Part shown: one piece after another, positions 51,296 to 64,000 of the stretch
Layout of the letters: every line of letters begins with the position of its first letter
How positions within the stretch are numbered: the stretch's first letter is position 1
DNA from: Sphaerodactylus townsendi
Taxonomy: Eukaryota
Assembly (NCBI RefSeq): GCF_021028975.2
Contig: NC_059434.1
Span: forward strand, 45,198,001 to 45,262,000
Direction: 5' to 3'
DNA: 64,000 bases
Notes under the pieces: generated by a model
The model's database searches: none
What the model was told of the DNA's origin: nothing
What the model saw: only the letters and a program-made list of their open reading frames with translations
Position numbers and translations under genes: made by a program

Positions 51296-51715
51296 TGTAG
51301 TGCGACCCAGTGGTGGCGTAGAAGCGAGCCGAGCGGAGATAACATCTGGTGGAGATGGCGACAGCCCGGGAACTGAGTTGCGGCCTAGCGGAGTCGGCAC
51401 TGTTGTCTCCGAGGCGTGTAGGAGGACGAGGGGAGTTCCGGGAGAGCGGGAGGCGGGGAGGTCGAGATCATCATGTGATGCATGATACTCACCTGGCTAC
51501 GTCGGCGGGAGTAGGGAGCGAAGGCTCTGAGCCTAATCCTCACCTGGGCAGGACCATTGTCCCTACTCCCGGTGACTGAGCCAGACAGTTCATGACCCGC
51601 GGACTCACTATAGGGGGGATGAGGTGGGAGGGGCGAATTGCGTAGGGGCTGTGAGGGTCCAAGCATGCGTCCAACGTTGTTCTAACACGTGCTGGGTCAG
51701 CAGTGCATTACTACA
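51296..51715 (-). repeat. 5' LTR of ERV copy 2
   Basis: tgtagt...attactaca followed by AGGTGG. It lacks the AATAAA segment seen in the other three LTRs. Confidence 0.9.
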
Positions 51716-54269
51716 AGGTGGGAGATGCCCCAGTGTAGCAATAGCAAACACAATACAAAGGGGGAAAATATCTTAAGAAAGGAAATACCTTTGACAGATT
51801 GGAAATGAATTTGGAAAACAGTTTGCAAGAAATTATTCTCAACAAATGATAAAGAAAACTTTATATCTAAAACTAGCTATATCTGGCTAGTAATTGATTT
51901 CTTATGAATTACCAGGACCAGCATCCTCTCATAAATTTGAATTTATATATAAGAACTCTGGAGCTATATGGACCTGGAGGCTCTCCTTCACATATTGTTG
52001 AGTAACCTGAGATGCCTTTAGACAACACTAATGTTTAGAAACACTCCTGTGCACATTGCTGTGTGGACTAAGATTTATCTTCTTATGTCAGCAGCAGCAC
52101 AACTTGGGAGTATATTTGAAAAACATTGGACAAGGCTCTGAGGACAAATATGGAAAGGGACATGAAGGTTATCTCGGAGAGTGACAGAATAAATGTGCTG
52201 AGTGGTAGTAATGCATAAACTTCAGATGTGCCTGTTTAACACATACCATAATGACCTTTCCAGAAGTCTTTGCGATATTTGATATACTCACTGAATGGAT
52301 CACCCATTCATTTCCACACAGAGGCCCTTATCAAGGCTAATTAGAGTAGACAGTATTGACCTAACTAATGGTCTGCTTCAGTAAATAGTGTAGTACGTAT
52401 TAATCTGCATCTATACAGTTTAAGCATGTTTATTCAGGTTTCTCGCGTACATTAAATTTGAGCCCAATCCTGACCAATACCATCCAAAATACTAATTTGC
52501 TATAAAATATTTTCAATACAGGATATACAAAGTCTTAAAATCTGGAAGGATTACTTTATAATATACAGTGAAAAATATGTGGGTCCTAAATGTAAAACAA
52601 ATCAACACATAAAAGGATATTTTAAAGTTATAATTTCCATTATTTTTACAGGGCCAGCAATCATTTCCCATTTGGCTTTCTTCTTGCCCAGAATCATGGC
52701 ATATTATCTTATGTGGATTAAAGAAAGCCAAGAATTAGTGGCAGATAGTTGGCTAGCCAGAATTTAAAAAAAACACTAAGATTTTTAGAAAGTATGGTTC
52801 ATAGAACAGTAAAGACCTTTGGAGAATAGCAAAGATCTGCCACAAATGCTGCCACAGTGGTGTACAAACAATAGCTGTCAGAAAAAGGAGAGGGAATTAA
52901 AGTGATATTCCCAAAAGTGATACTCCCGAAATGACATACTGTTTTTAGCCTTAAACTTCAACAGAGCAAAAATAATGACTAGCTTTTCCAGGGGATTCAT
53001 CAGGAATCAGATACATTTTCTGTCTTCATCCAGTATATATCAACAGTCTATGGCAACATCATCAAATACTCAAAGAGAAAGCCACATACTGAAAAGGCAT
53101 GCAAGAAGGCCATGCAGCTCCTAGCTGTTTCAGCTTTCACAAGAATTGCTATGCTGGGTAAAATAATTGTCCAGCTACATCAGCATGTGGTTTACTGACA
53201 ATCACCTAACAAATATTTAGAAAAAGTCCACATCCCCACTGTCAGGTAGTCAAAAACAGAGTACTTCTGACAATGGACATTGTGGTTTTGGCCACTAGCC
53301 ATCAACATTTTCTTAACCTCCCCTCCCCCGCCCCCCCACTATAGTTCTCAGGAATGTCAAAAATCTGTCTGTTGCGAGCTCTCTATGCACTGGAAATTTT
53401 ATATACATAGGTGGGCTGGGCTGCAGATACAGAGCAGAATGCATAGTTCATTGTCTCAATTATTTCTTTCTCCCTGTGTTACCATGTCCTGCTATTCAAT
53501 ACACAATTGTTATGGTTCCAGTATTAAGTTCTTCAAGCCCACCCGAAAGGTAATAACATAAATACAAAGGTTTTTATTCTATTTGAATTTATAGCCCTTT
53601 TGTATATTCACTATTTTAAAAAAAATCACAATTCATTTCTGTGGAAGACAAGGTTCACTTTCATTGGAATGGAACATTAAATAGGTTTCTTGCTGGTAAA
53701 GATTGTGACAATGTTTAAATTTAATAACCTTTGTTCACACCCAGACAAGCACACAAACCGTCTTCAGCTGCCATTTTCTTGTTAAAATGCTTGACCATCT
53801 GCTTGTGAAATACAAAGGAAAATTTTCTGGTGATACATGGACTACAAGAAAGATAAATGATAGACAAGAAAGAAGGTATGAAATTGTTATAAGTATTCCT
53901 TAAAATACTTACAGTATTCTGTATGCTTAATCTTTTCTTTCTTTTTATAGGCTGGGACAAGCAGATAGGAGGTAGTAAAGTATGGCAATCACCTATCCTC
54001 CAGGGCTCTAAATCAAACCTTGTTATTTTTCATCCATTCAAATTAACTCGATGGTCAGCCAGTTGGAGCCCATAGAACTTCGCTGGATTAGATGGGTGAA
54101 AAAAAACCCCTGTTTTTCTCAGAAGGGAGATTTCATAACTGGAGATTTCAGTTTAGCTAGGTTTTTATTTGACTTTTAGTAAAGGTTTGGGGTTGACTTA
54201 GGGAAGAACACTTGGTCCTTTATGTGTGCAGAACTTACCCCGAGGCTGTTTCCTCCACAGTGGGGTCTC

Positions 54270-54410
54270 CCAGCATTTTTACTCTCACAACAACCTAATG
54301 GTGTAGGTTAGGTTAAGAGAGTAGCCCAACATTATCCAGTGAACTCTATGACTGAGTGGGGATTTGAACCCTATTATTCCTAGACCTAATCCAGCATTCT
54401 AACACATAAC
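54270..54410 (-). mobile_element. Degenerate CORE/Squam3-like SINE fragment
   Basis: ctcacaacaacctaatggtgtaggttaggttaagagag..gagtggggatttgaaccc..ctaac. Confidence 0.6.
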
Positions 54411-55790
54411 GTGTTTTGTGCTTGGAACATTTTCAGAATTCAGTAGTTGTTAACTTTACCTGTTTTCACTAGTTATTTCTTTTACCTGTTTTTAGTAACA
54501 TCCTCTTCCTAATAGTGGTATTATTAATATTACTGGTGCTAAAATTGACTGAGTTCTCCATTTATAACTTTACAATTCAGGGAGATAATTTATTCATCCA
54601 ATAATGTTGATGTTGGAAGGTTTAGTGAAATCTCACTGAGTTAACTGGAAGTTGGTCTAGAGGGAGTACCTATACTTATGTCTTCCATAGTCAATTTGGC
54701 AGCTCACATTTTTTTGCATGACGTAATCTCAGCGATCCATTCTTACAGGCATAATTTTTCAACTACAAATTATTCTTATTAAACCCTCTTATTCCACTTT
54801 TGGCTATTATGTTGTTAGACATCTTAGCCACTCATAAATCAGAAAGGGGGTTGGTACATGCTGGCAAGTGTAAAGCTCCTACTAGTATGCAGAAACATTG
54901 TTGTCCTCATAGCTTACAGCTGAGAAACTCTTTATTGCTTATATACCGTCCTCTATACATGCATTCCAAGAAGGAAAGAAAGAACAATTATTATTTTGTC
55001 ACATAAATCCCAGTATTTATTCTACCCCTGATTATCTCTGGATAAATCTGGAAGCTAATTTTCAAGAACTGTAAAAAAAATACATATTTTTTATCATGTC
55101 TGAATAAATGAAAGGGTCAACATAAAAACTAAATCCATGAAATCTGCATATGATTTTTTAAAATTCAGCCATGTTGAACACTTCTAAGTCCTCTTTATTT
55201 CAACAGAAGTGCTAAGCACATGCTACCCCCCAACTGAAATCCATGAGATTTAAACTTGCTCAGCTTAGCCAGACAACACACACTTTTCATCAAATGCACA
55301 TAAATTCACAAGAACTCAATTGCAAAATATACCATATAGAGAGGAACATTTTGAATGCAGGCCTTGTAATGAATCAGTCACTAAAAATATAATGGTCTTT
55401 CAGTGACATCTTAAATATAATTTGAAAAAACCAAGTAATTTATTATTTCACAGAAACATTCAAGTCAGCTGTTTCTCTGCTGTTTCTTCCTAGCTGACAG
55501 CTTTGATCTGCATCCTCTTAAATGCCTAAAATTTTGTATTTTTATTAGATACAAAGTACAACTGTGGATGGAAATATTTTTATGCTCAGCATATGGCCAA
55601 ACAAAAAAATGTTGCACCACAATAAATGATAGACTTTTTCCAGTTTCTCAGCACTGTAATACCCTTTTCTGGGTTAACAGTGAAAATGGTTGCAGAGACT
55701 TTGCCATGTCTTCAACTGGCCATTCCCACATTACGAAGAGGCAAATATCCAGCTGCTTCCTGAAGTGGACTTTGAGAAAAGTAACCCTTA

Positions 55791-56104
55791 CAGCAGGAGT
55801 CCCCCAATCTTCCTGAGCCTGTGGGCATCTTTGGAATTCTTACACACAATAGTGGGAGCAGCCACAAAACAGCTGCCACAAGAGGTGAAGCCAGTCACAA
55901 AATAGCTGTCACAGCTTACCTTCAGTCACACAGTGAAGATCCTTGTGCTGTGGTGACAACTCCTGCCAAAGCAACATTTTAAAAAACCTATACAGCCAAT
56001 CAAATCTCCAGTGAAACATCAGAAGCCTTGCGGGCAAAAACTCCATCTGATCACACCCAATTTCTAAAAAACACGTGGTGGCCACCAGGAAATGTATTGG
56101 GGAA
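55791..56104. mobile_element. Old hAT-like MITE, same family as 1404-1725
   Basis: caggagtcccccaatctt ... gtattggggaa termini and a shared internal sequence. Confidence 0.55.
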
Positions 56105-56154
56105 TTTTTCTTTATTTCTTGTGTCTTTTTTGTGTCTTTTTAAGCAAAGGAATA

Positions 56155-56914
56155 CCGTATATACTCGAGTATAAACTGACTTTTTCAGCACATTTTTTAT
56201 GCTGAAAAAAGCCCCCCTCAACTTATACTCGAGTCCCACTTACCTGTTCTCCGGTGCCTCATCAGGGAGAGCAGCTCCTTATCTAGGCTCTGCTACATTG
56301 CTCTTAATTTACCTTTTTTCTTTACCTTACCTCATCTGAATTAACTCCTTCCCTCTCTCCCCCCCCCCACCATTCTCTCCTCCTCTTCACCTCCCTCCCC
56401 TCCATGGCAGATTTACCCAGCAGGGGCCTCCTGCGGACCTAAGCGCAGTCCCTAAAATGGCCAAATTCAAATCCTTTTCCTACCGGAAGCATCTCGGTCC
56501 GCTTTGTTGGCGGGAATGGCATAATGGCTGCGGCTTCCAAGGGAACAGACCGAGATAAATCAGTCCCCACCTAGAAGAAGCCCGACAGAATGGGCAAGCA
56601 AGCCTCGATCGAGACGCATCCTCCAAAGCCACGTTTCAAAAAGTTGCGGCTGCAGCAACAGGAAGGAGGAGCAAAAAGCAAACGGGCGAATGTCGGCGGC
56701 CCCAGCAGGGACGTGTCTGGCACAGCCCATCAGGAACGCCGAGCCGAGGAGGGAGGAATGAGAACCACGTCGGCGAATGCCGACGGTCCCAAAATTGGCT
56801 GCTGCATTTCCCACACTAGGCTTATACTCGAGTCAATAAGTTTTCCCAGTTTTTTGTGGTAAAATTAGGTGCCTCGGCTCATATTCAGGTCAGCTTATAC
56901 TCGAGTATATACGG
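56155..56914. mobile_element. Young Tc2/pogo-type non-autonomous element carrying CpG-rich cargo
   Basis: Perfect 20-bp TIRs ccgtatatactcgagtataa / ttatactcgagtatatacgg with a TA TSD. Confidence 0.9.
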
Positions 56915-58415
56915 TACCTCTAGTATTATAGTAAGTATTGGGCTAAATAGCCCACTTAAAAGGTTTGTTATAGAAAATATGTACTGGTGGAAGAACATGG
57001 CTTGCTGCGTTCGGTGGTGTAACAATGTTACCTTGAGCATGTAGCTTGGTGCACAATCCCTCCTCTTGCCATTCCTTCAGGCTCCAGGTATGGAAAACTT
57101 ATCTAACACCACCCACGTTTTTTACTCATAGAAGGGGGACACCTTAGATTTCCTCCCTCCTAATGATTTGTGCCAGAAGAATCCCAGCATTCCCAGGCTC
57201 CCTTTCTCTTGGAGGTTTAACTACACAGCATACCAAACAGTAAGACATAAGAAACCTCACACAGAAGAAAGGAAGCAAAAGTAGAAATTTTATGTAATAC
57301 AAGACAGGGAAATCATAAAGAGAACATAAAGAACATGAAGAAAACACAAAAACCAATGTTTTTAACTGTATTATTATTCTGATGTCTTCTTCCCTCTCCT
57401 AGAAGAGGATTAGGAATATAACCTAACCCTGGCTTGAGCAAGCCAGCCTCTAACAACTAACCAAAAAGCCAACTGTTGTTTCCGAGGACTCTGACAATGA
57501 AATGTTCCATGCCCTCTTCTCATGAGAGTTGGGGTCAGAATTTTACACTGAGCTGAATTACAATATTTATCTCCTCAATATTTAGTATGGCGCCTGCTCC
57601 AAAGGGCTTTTCCACACCATGGGAAGCCAAAAAGGTTTTTTAAACACATTCCTTTAACTCCCCCAAGGTGAAAGTGAAGATACATCGCAAAAATTGTGGT
57701 ATATGTTCCAGTTCCGCTCCACCAGCTGAAGGGGTTAAACCAGAGGTGGAACTAAGGTTGGCTCCACCCCTGGGAAGGCCTCTGCCATGCCCCTGCCATG
57801 CTGACACAGCTTGGGGCAATGGGGAAGCACCAGTGAAAAGCAGGCACTGCAGCTGGGCATTCCAGAGCTCCACATAAGCTGGGCACCAGAATTATTGCTC
57901 CTTTGCCGACATAAGCCCATGTCACATCCAGAGGGGGATTCACACCCCATCCCCTGGACTGGGCTGCCAGTCTCAAAGACAGTCACTCAAAATAAAATCA
58001 TTGCTCGCTAATTAGAAATAGTCGATTATTTACTGGTTCTGCTCTCTAGTCACAACTAGGAAACAGATCATTCTATAAGTCTATTTGCTTGATTATAGAC
58101 TGCTTCGTAGCTGCTGCCACATTTTTTTAAGTCATAAAAAGTCAGTTTGAGACTTACTACTTAAGGTATCTCTGTGAGCTTTCAGTGTTTGCCCATAAAG
58201 CAAGTTAATACTGCCATCAATTCTTGCAATAACTTAATTCCAACAACTGTGCAGATTTCAAAATCAGGCATCACATCCTCCACAGGATTCATCAAATAAT
58301 GCACCTCACTGTGGGTAGGGGACTGACTGAAAGTGATTGTATCCTTGACCTCAACCACTGCCACAAATGAAAAAGATGACCACAAGCAGCAACTTATTTA
58401 TTAGCTACTATCAAG

Positions 58416-58719
58416 AAGAGAAGAAGAAGAAGAGTTTGGATTTATATCTCCACTTTCTCTCCTGTAGGAGACTCAAAGGGGCTTACAATCTCCTTGCCCT
58501 TCCACCCTCACAACAAACACCCTATGAGGTGGGTGGGGTTGAGAGAGCTCCGAGAAGCTGTGACTAGCCCAAGGTCACCCAGCTGGCGTGTGTGGGAGTG
58601 TACAGGCTACTCTGAATTCCCCAGTTAAGCCTCCACAGCTCAGGCGGCAGAGCGGGGAATCAAACCCGGTTCCTCCAGATAAGATACACTAGCTCTTAAC
58701 CTCCTACGCCACTGCTCCT
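58416..58719 (-). mobile_element. Young Squam3-like SINE
   Basis: (AAG)n tail at left and tRNA-like head at right (ggagcagtggcgtaggaggttaagagct on the minus strand); TSD TATCAAG on both sides. Confidence 0.9.
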
Positions 58720-60301
58720 TATCAAGGCAAGATAAGTGGTTTCCATGCGGGTACAAATCTGCTCAACATGATACTTAACATAAATTTTGACAGAAAGTAT
58801 TGTGGCAGTTCAAATAAGAGTCAATGTCTTATGCTGTTGAAGAGTTTGATCAAGGTACATTCACCTGCCTATCATATTTAAGCCAAAAAATTCAGTATCT
58901 TTGATGTCAATAAATAAATATATATATTTAACCCTGTATCTTAGAAAACACTTCAAGCAGCTAGTTCATAAACTAGACAAAGGAATGTACAAACGTTCAA
59001 GCAGATTTATCCCTACCAAAACCTAAAAGAATAAATAGACTTAAGTTCATGTCTTATCTAGCTTGTAACTTTGCAGCCAGAGACAAAGAAAGTAATTTTT
59101 CCCTGAGATCATTCTGCCGTTAGTCCTCAGAAATTCAATCCTGAAGACTGATAGAGTGTCCCAGCCAATTCTAACTGCTATAACTTGTACAATAATGTCT
59201 CCTATTACCATGACGTTGCCAAGAGTGCTAACAAGAGGCCAAAGTTAATGTTCTCAGTATAGAAATAACAGATCTGCTTAGGGGTGTTACTTGAAATGCT
59301 ACTTTTACCAAACCTGGACTGGAAAACTCAGATTCTCTCAGGAGAGAAGCTAAGGTCTGCTTTTTTACTATGCTTGTCATCACTACATCCCAACAGCACC
59401 ACTTAGATTTCCATCGTTAAGCTAAGATGCATGAATACCTGGCTACCTGCTTTCTGGAACATTAAGGACTGCTGTTTCATAAATGTCATTTCTTTTGAAG
59501 CAATAAAACTCAACAAATAATTCTATTAGTATTTCATTTGTATTCTGATATATCTAGTAGCTCCCTGGGTCCTCTGTACTAATTCCAGGGCTTTAAAAAA
59601 AATACACAAAATGAAGAGTCAGATTCAATCTGGCTGATTTAGGTTTGGCATCTTTGTTAACAGCTAAGACAGAATTTGTCATCTGCAAAAACCAGTCCAT
59701 AGTCTCACAGGTGGAAAATCTGGATTGGTTCCCATTAGCTTTTTTACACAATCCTGCCCAATTTTTCTTTGTACTAGAGTCCCCAATCCACATGGCTTTT
59801 GCCTAGGGAGGGCCCATGATCCCCAGCTAGGTATTTTTGGTGGTCAAAGACCTCCCCCACATTTTCCTTTTCTCACCAGCAGAAAAAGTGAGCTGTATCC
59901 AATCCTCTGACTGACTGTTTAAGTTTAGCCAATTTTTATTGCTGCTACTCCTTCAATAGTGGTAGCTCAATACAGTGAAAGTATGTTTTTGAATATTTGT
60001 TTTACTTAGTATTGCATTCTCTTATTATGAGTTTCTTAGTCCACATCAAAGGTTTTACCAAGAGGATTCAGATAACATGGCACTAGACAGTTACGGTTCT
60101 AAAGAGAGGGACAGAGCATAGTTGAAGTGCACATATTTTGCATACAGAAGGTCCCAGGTTCCATCTCTAATGGGACGTTTCCACTGAGAAGATGGAAGGG
60201 CTGTCAAAAGCCTTGAAAGGGGAAGGACAAGGAGCATTTGCCAGGCATGTAGAAGTTGCCAGGTTTGACCTTCTTGAGCCTACTCAGGAGTTTCATCACC
60301 A

Positions 60302-60713
60302 GGCCGCTTCCGCATCGCCAGCAGCGACGCCGATGACGCCGTAAAATTGCGACGATCCCAAAAAAAAAAGCTGCCATTACAGATGCTGAGCTGCGGTCCG
60401 CGAGCCCTCGCAGAAATGTGGACGGTTCGCACGTGAAGCGCCATGAAGCGGCGCTGCATTTGCTCTGCGCAGACTTGCGGCCGGGTGGTGTCCGGACGCC
60501 ATTTTGACGGCATTGAGTCTGCATGCTGCCGCGACGAAAAGGCCGATGCCATGGCTGGGAAAAAGAGTGGTTTTGCTGCTGAATACGCTACACCGCCACG
60601 TTTAGCTGCTACACGGGCGCTGATCAAGACTGTACGCGCTGCATATTAACGCTTCGGGCCTGACGCTTCTTTTTTTTCCGCGACGACACATTTTGCCCGC
60701 AAGTGAAACGGCC
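60302..60713. mobile_element. Harbinger-type MITE (family of 19450-19832, inverted), lying between pieces of a Squam2-like SINE (about 60110-60850)
   Basis: ggccgcttccgca ... gaaacggcc. The right end is the reverse complement of gggcaaaat.tg.cgtcgc..aaaaagaagcgtca at 19464-19504. Confidence 0.75.
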
Positions 60714-61880
60714 ATAGTTAAAAGAAAATAGTAGTAACTGATGTAAAAGACTTCTCTGCCTAAAATCCTGGAAAACCACTGCCAGTTAGAATAAATGGCA
60801 CTGACCAATACAGACCAATGATCTGATTCAGCCTAAGGCAGTTTTGAGTGTTCAAACTTCATTGCTGATCAGCTAGCAAAAAAAAAAAAACCCTAGAAAT
60901 TTCAACTCAAAAGAATTCTTTTCCCTTCCTTATTTCTCAAAAAGCAAAGTAATCTACTCTTAACACTGGGCAGCTTGGTTCTCAGATAGTTTAAAATGCA
61001 TTTTAGGGGTGACAAAACTATAAAAGAATATAGTAAGTGAAGTCTGATCAGGGACACGGGATTAGCCAAGTACCCTACTCATATCTGACATAACCCCAGG
61101 GATCACTTGAAACTCTCTTCCTTAAAGAGGTTCCAGGGGCTGAGATGAGCTTGTTCTGGTTACAGCTTCAAGAAACCAAGTGGCTGATGTCGAAGTTTAG
61201 TCTACTGGAGGACAAATTGAAGATCAAGACCTAGTTGCCAGAAGATGAGCTGGGAAGAAATTTTGTCCATATTCTAATCATGGTTCCTATAGAATCCTCT
61301 GTGGTTTTGATTGTCATTTGATATATTTTGTGTCATAGAAACAACTTGCTAAGTTTTCTGTTACTTTCTTTAGAACCCATGTTATTATGCTTTCTGTCCA
61401 ACCAATGTTTTTCAAGGTGAAGAAATCAGATTTGTGTCCTTATGTAATGCATCAAAAGTATATTGGGTTTGCTTTTTATGCTGTATGTAATTTTTTTTAC
61501 CAACTATTTGAATCTTACCAAAGATGTGTGAGACTATCTGCTGTATCTATTTTATTTTCCTGGAATATGTTTAAGGAAAAAGTGGAAAAATTCACAAAAT
61601 ATCCTTGATAAATCAGATGTGATATTTTGACACAAATGGGGGCTAACTTTGAAAAGACTAGCATTCCCATCTTTACCAACTGGTACAGACAAATGTTACC
61701 ATCTTTAAACAAAGTTTGCAAATGTATTGAGACTTAGTTTATGACACCATGCCATTTTACAGAGCCAAAATGTGCAGCACAACAATGAAACAAATACTCC
61801 CACCCCCATGTTATTCCATCTAGAGATAATGGCATGGGGGAAGGGAGAGGAAGGCTGAAACCCTTTCTTCCCAAGCACTG

Positions 61881-62832
61881 CAGAGGCATACAGGCAAAAA
61901 ATGGTGCCCAGGGCAAGACCATAGATTTCTGCCCCCCCATGGCACCCAGGGTTTTCATGCCCCCATGCCCAGCGCCTAGCTGCCCCCCGCCAGAGTGGAA
62001 GGGCCCTTGAAGCACAGCTGATTCAGGTGAGAGGGAAGCACATGCAGCGCTGCCCTCACCAGCCTTTGCCCTGCAGCCCTGGTCTGCCTTGGCCAGGAGG
62101 GGGTGTCTCCCCTGCAAGCCCACCTTGCGAGGCTGATACTCTGAGGTCCCCTCCTACCTGCATGCCAGGGCAGGAGGACTCAGTCCCTCCGCTCCGGCTC
62201 ATCTCCTGCAAAGGGGGTGCTAAGTGGCATTCAGGCATGCATCAAGCCTGCTGGCCCAGGCACCCTCTGACATTTGGCCCTGTGCCCAGCTGTTCTGCCA
62301 CCTGTGGTTAATGCAGGGAGGGCTGAGATGCTCCCGCCACCCCACCCCCGATTGGCCCATTTCTCCTCCAGCCCCACTGGCCCAGTGGGGGGCTGCAGCC
62401 AATAGGCGGTGGTGGCAGCTCATTCACCCTATGACCCTGCTTGCTCCGCCCTTGTTTGCCAGAGTGACCATCACCATAGCCAATCATGGAGGCAGACCTG
62501 CCAAGGTGTGGCTTGTCTTTGCCACTCCAGCTGGCAGAGCTTCCCCAGTTGCTGAATCCGCTGTGAGGTGCACATTCGGTGGGTTTCCCAGCAGCGGCAG
62601 CTGGAACAGGTGGGCACCAGGGCAGCTACACCTAGCCAGGGAGGCTAATGACACTCAGCCTGTAGAGGCCCTTGATGACAGAGGGACACCACCAGTTCCT
62701 GCCCACCCGAGCAGCTGCTGGGATGGGAGGGGTGCATGGGCATGGGGGGCAATTTTACATCTCCCACATGATAAAATGTGTAGCGCCTTGGAACATGTGG
62801 CTCCCCATGTCCCTCTGGGTGGTCTGCCTCTG
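61881..62832. mobile_element. Probable GC-rich hAT-like non-autonomous element
   Basis: cagaggca / tgcctctg termini and the aaaaatggtgcccagggc subterminal motif; no matching TSD. Confidence 0.45.
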
Positions 62833-64000
62833 CTGCAGCCTCAAGTCAAACTGGGCCCTGGTCCACTTGCAAACCTTGTTTAAAAACAAAGTAAAATTTG
62901 TTTGTGACTTTATATGAATCTGGTTGCAGGCAGGTGGGGGGGGGGACTCCTAGTCCAAGCTCAGGCTTTTCCACATTCTCATTTTTCTCGCTAGGGTGTT
63001 CCTGTTGTTTGGGAGGATGATCCATATGTTTTTTGCTCCCTTTAGTGATCAATTTGATATTACACTGGGTTATGTCTGTCATATCTCCCTGCAGATTTAA
63101 ATTGCAGGTTTTTACACCATAGATAAGGTGATATAATATCGAATTAATCACTAGAGAAGGCAAAATGCATGTAGAATAGGGAGGAATCCAACAAAACAGG
63201 AAAATACAAGCAAGGAAAATGAGGATGTGGGAAAGCCTTCATGCTAAACATCATGTCTAGTTTGGTTTGAAGGTACCATGAAAAATATTTCCCCAGAAAC
63301 CATGCAATTTGTAGTTGATCCATTTCATTTTAAGTGACAATGACATGAGTCCTTCACACCAGTGATTCAATGCAAAAAAGGAGGATTTTTTAAAACACAA
63401 GCGTATTTTCATGCAATCTAATTCAAGCAAGCAATTTGTATTGTACTCGATCTCACTCCTAAAATCTGCATTGTAAGCACCTAGAACAGAAAGAGTTAAG
63501 GAGAGGGAGAGAGAGACATTAGGAGCTATTTTTCATCCCTTGATTTTAATCCTACATTGTTCCTTTTTCATTTTTGTTCCTTTAAACACATTGTGTTTTT
63601 ATTTAATTCAGGGATCCACAGCCAGAGGTTTACATATGGAATGCATAATTGAACATTACATTGGGTTCTTGGGAAATATACCATGAAATTAACATTTAAA
63701 CCATATTCCCATATAGACACTGAGAAAGCAATCAAAATAATGCTTTTCCCTAAAGCAATTTGTGTACTATCTGTAGAATATTTTCCAGGCACTAAAGTGG
63801 AAAAACTAACATAAGTGAAACATTAAAAATGTCTCTTATCACTTACAATACCACTTTACGCTGGGGATTTTTGTTTTGTTTTGGTTTAGGCAATCAATTG
63901 GACCAGAAACTAGACTAATAAGAAAGAAAAAGGAAAGTAAAATCAGTGGGATATCCAGATTGGCATTGATGGTGAGTAGCGTTCTGAATTACAGTGCCAA

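Larger units (their letters stand above)
46062..51715 (-). mobile_element. Endogenous retrovirus copy 2 (tandem, same family), 5654 bp
   Basis: Colinear with copy 1 throughout. LTRs at 46062-46503 and 51296-51715; AGGTGG at 46056-46061 and 51716-51721; PPT at 46504-46517. Shorter than copy 1 through many scattered 1-3 bp deletions. Confidence 0.9.

Noticed and set aside
57018-58054. Possible solo LTR (tgtaac...gtcaca)
   Set aside because: No matching TSD and no second copy in the window.
62224-62883. 219-aa ORF, the longest in the window
   Set aside because: Lies inside a GC-rich MITE-like element, is low-complexity Pro/Ala/Gly-rich and has no recognisable domain.

Overview
Vertebrate genomic DNA: AT-rich, CpG-depleted, with no host protein-coding exon I can support. 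The repeat content (Squam3-like CORE SINEs with (TTC)n tails, CR1, L2 and RTE-X LINEs, Harbinger, hAT and Tc2 MITEs) points to a squamate, probably a gecko (inference). Nearly all ORFs in the supplied track are spurious. The dominant feature is a CpG-rich 12 kb block (39662-51721) holding two head-to-tail copies of the same minus-strand endogenous retrovirus, arranged AGGTGG-[LTR-int-LTR]-AGGTGG-[LTR-int-LTR]-AGGTGG (four LTRs, three copies of one 6-bp target site). The provirus has a class II (betaretrovirus-like) core: tRNA-Phe PBS, myristoylated Gag with beta-type matrix, MHR and two zinc knuckles, a GGGAAAC slippery site, a dUTPase-like domain and a protease. It appears to lack pol entirely and carries an ASLV/alpharetrovirus-like env (IDYLLLL..GCENVHNMCCFNLS). 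Both copies are full of 1-2 bp indels but keep their CpGs, which looks like unpolished long-read error on a young element, so the tandem arrangement could be an assembly artefact. Other notable items: a solo LTR nested in a SINE, Tc2-type MITEs with shared ends but different cargo, a Helentron/DINE-like element, a 134-bp palindrome and two N gaps.
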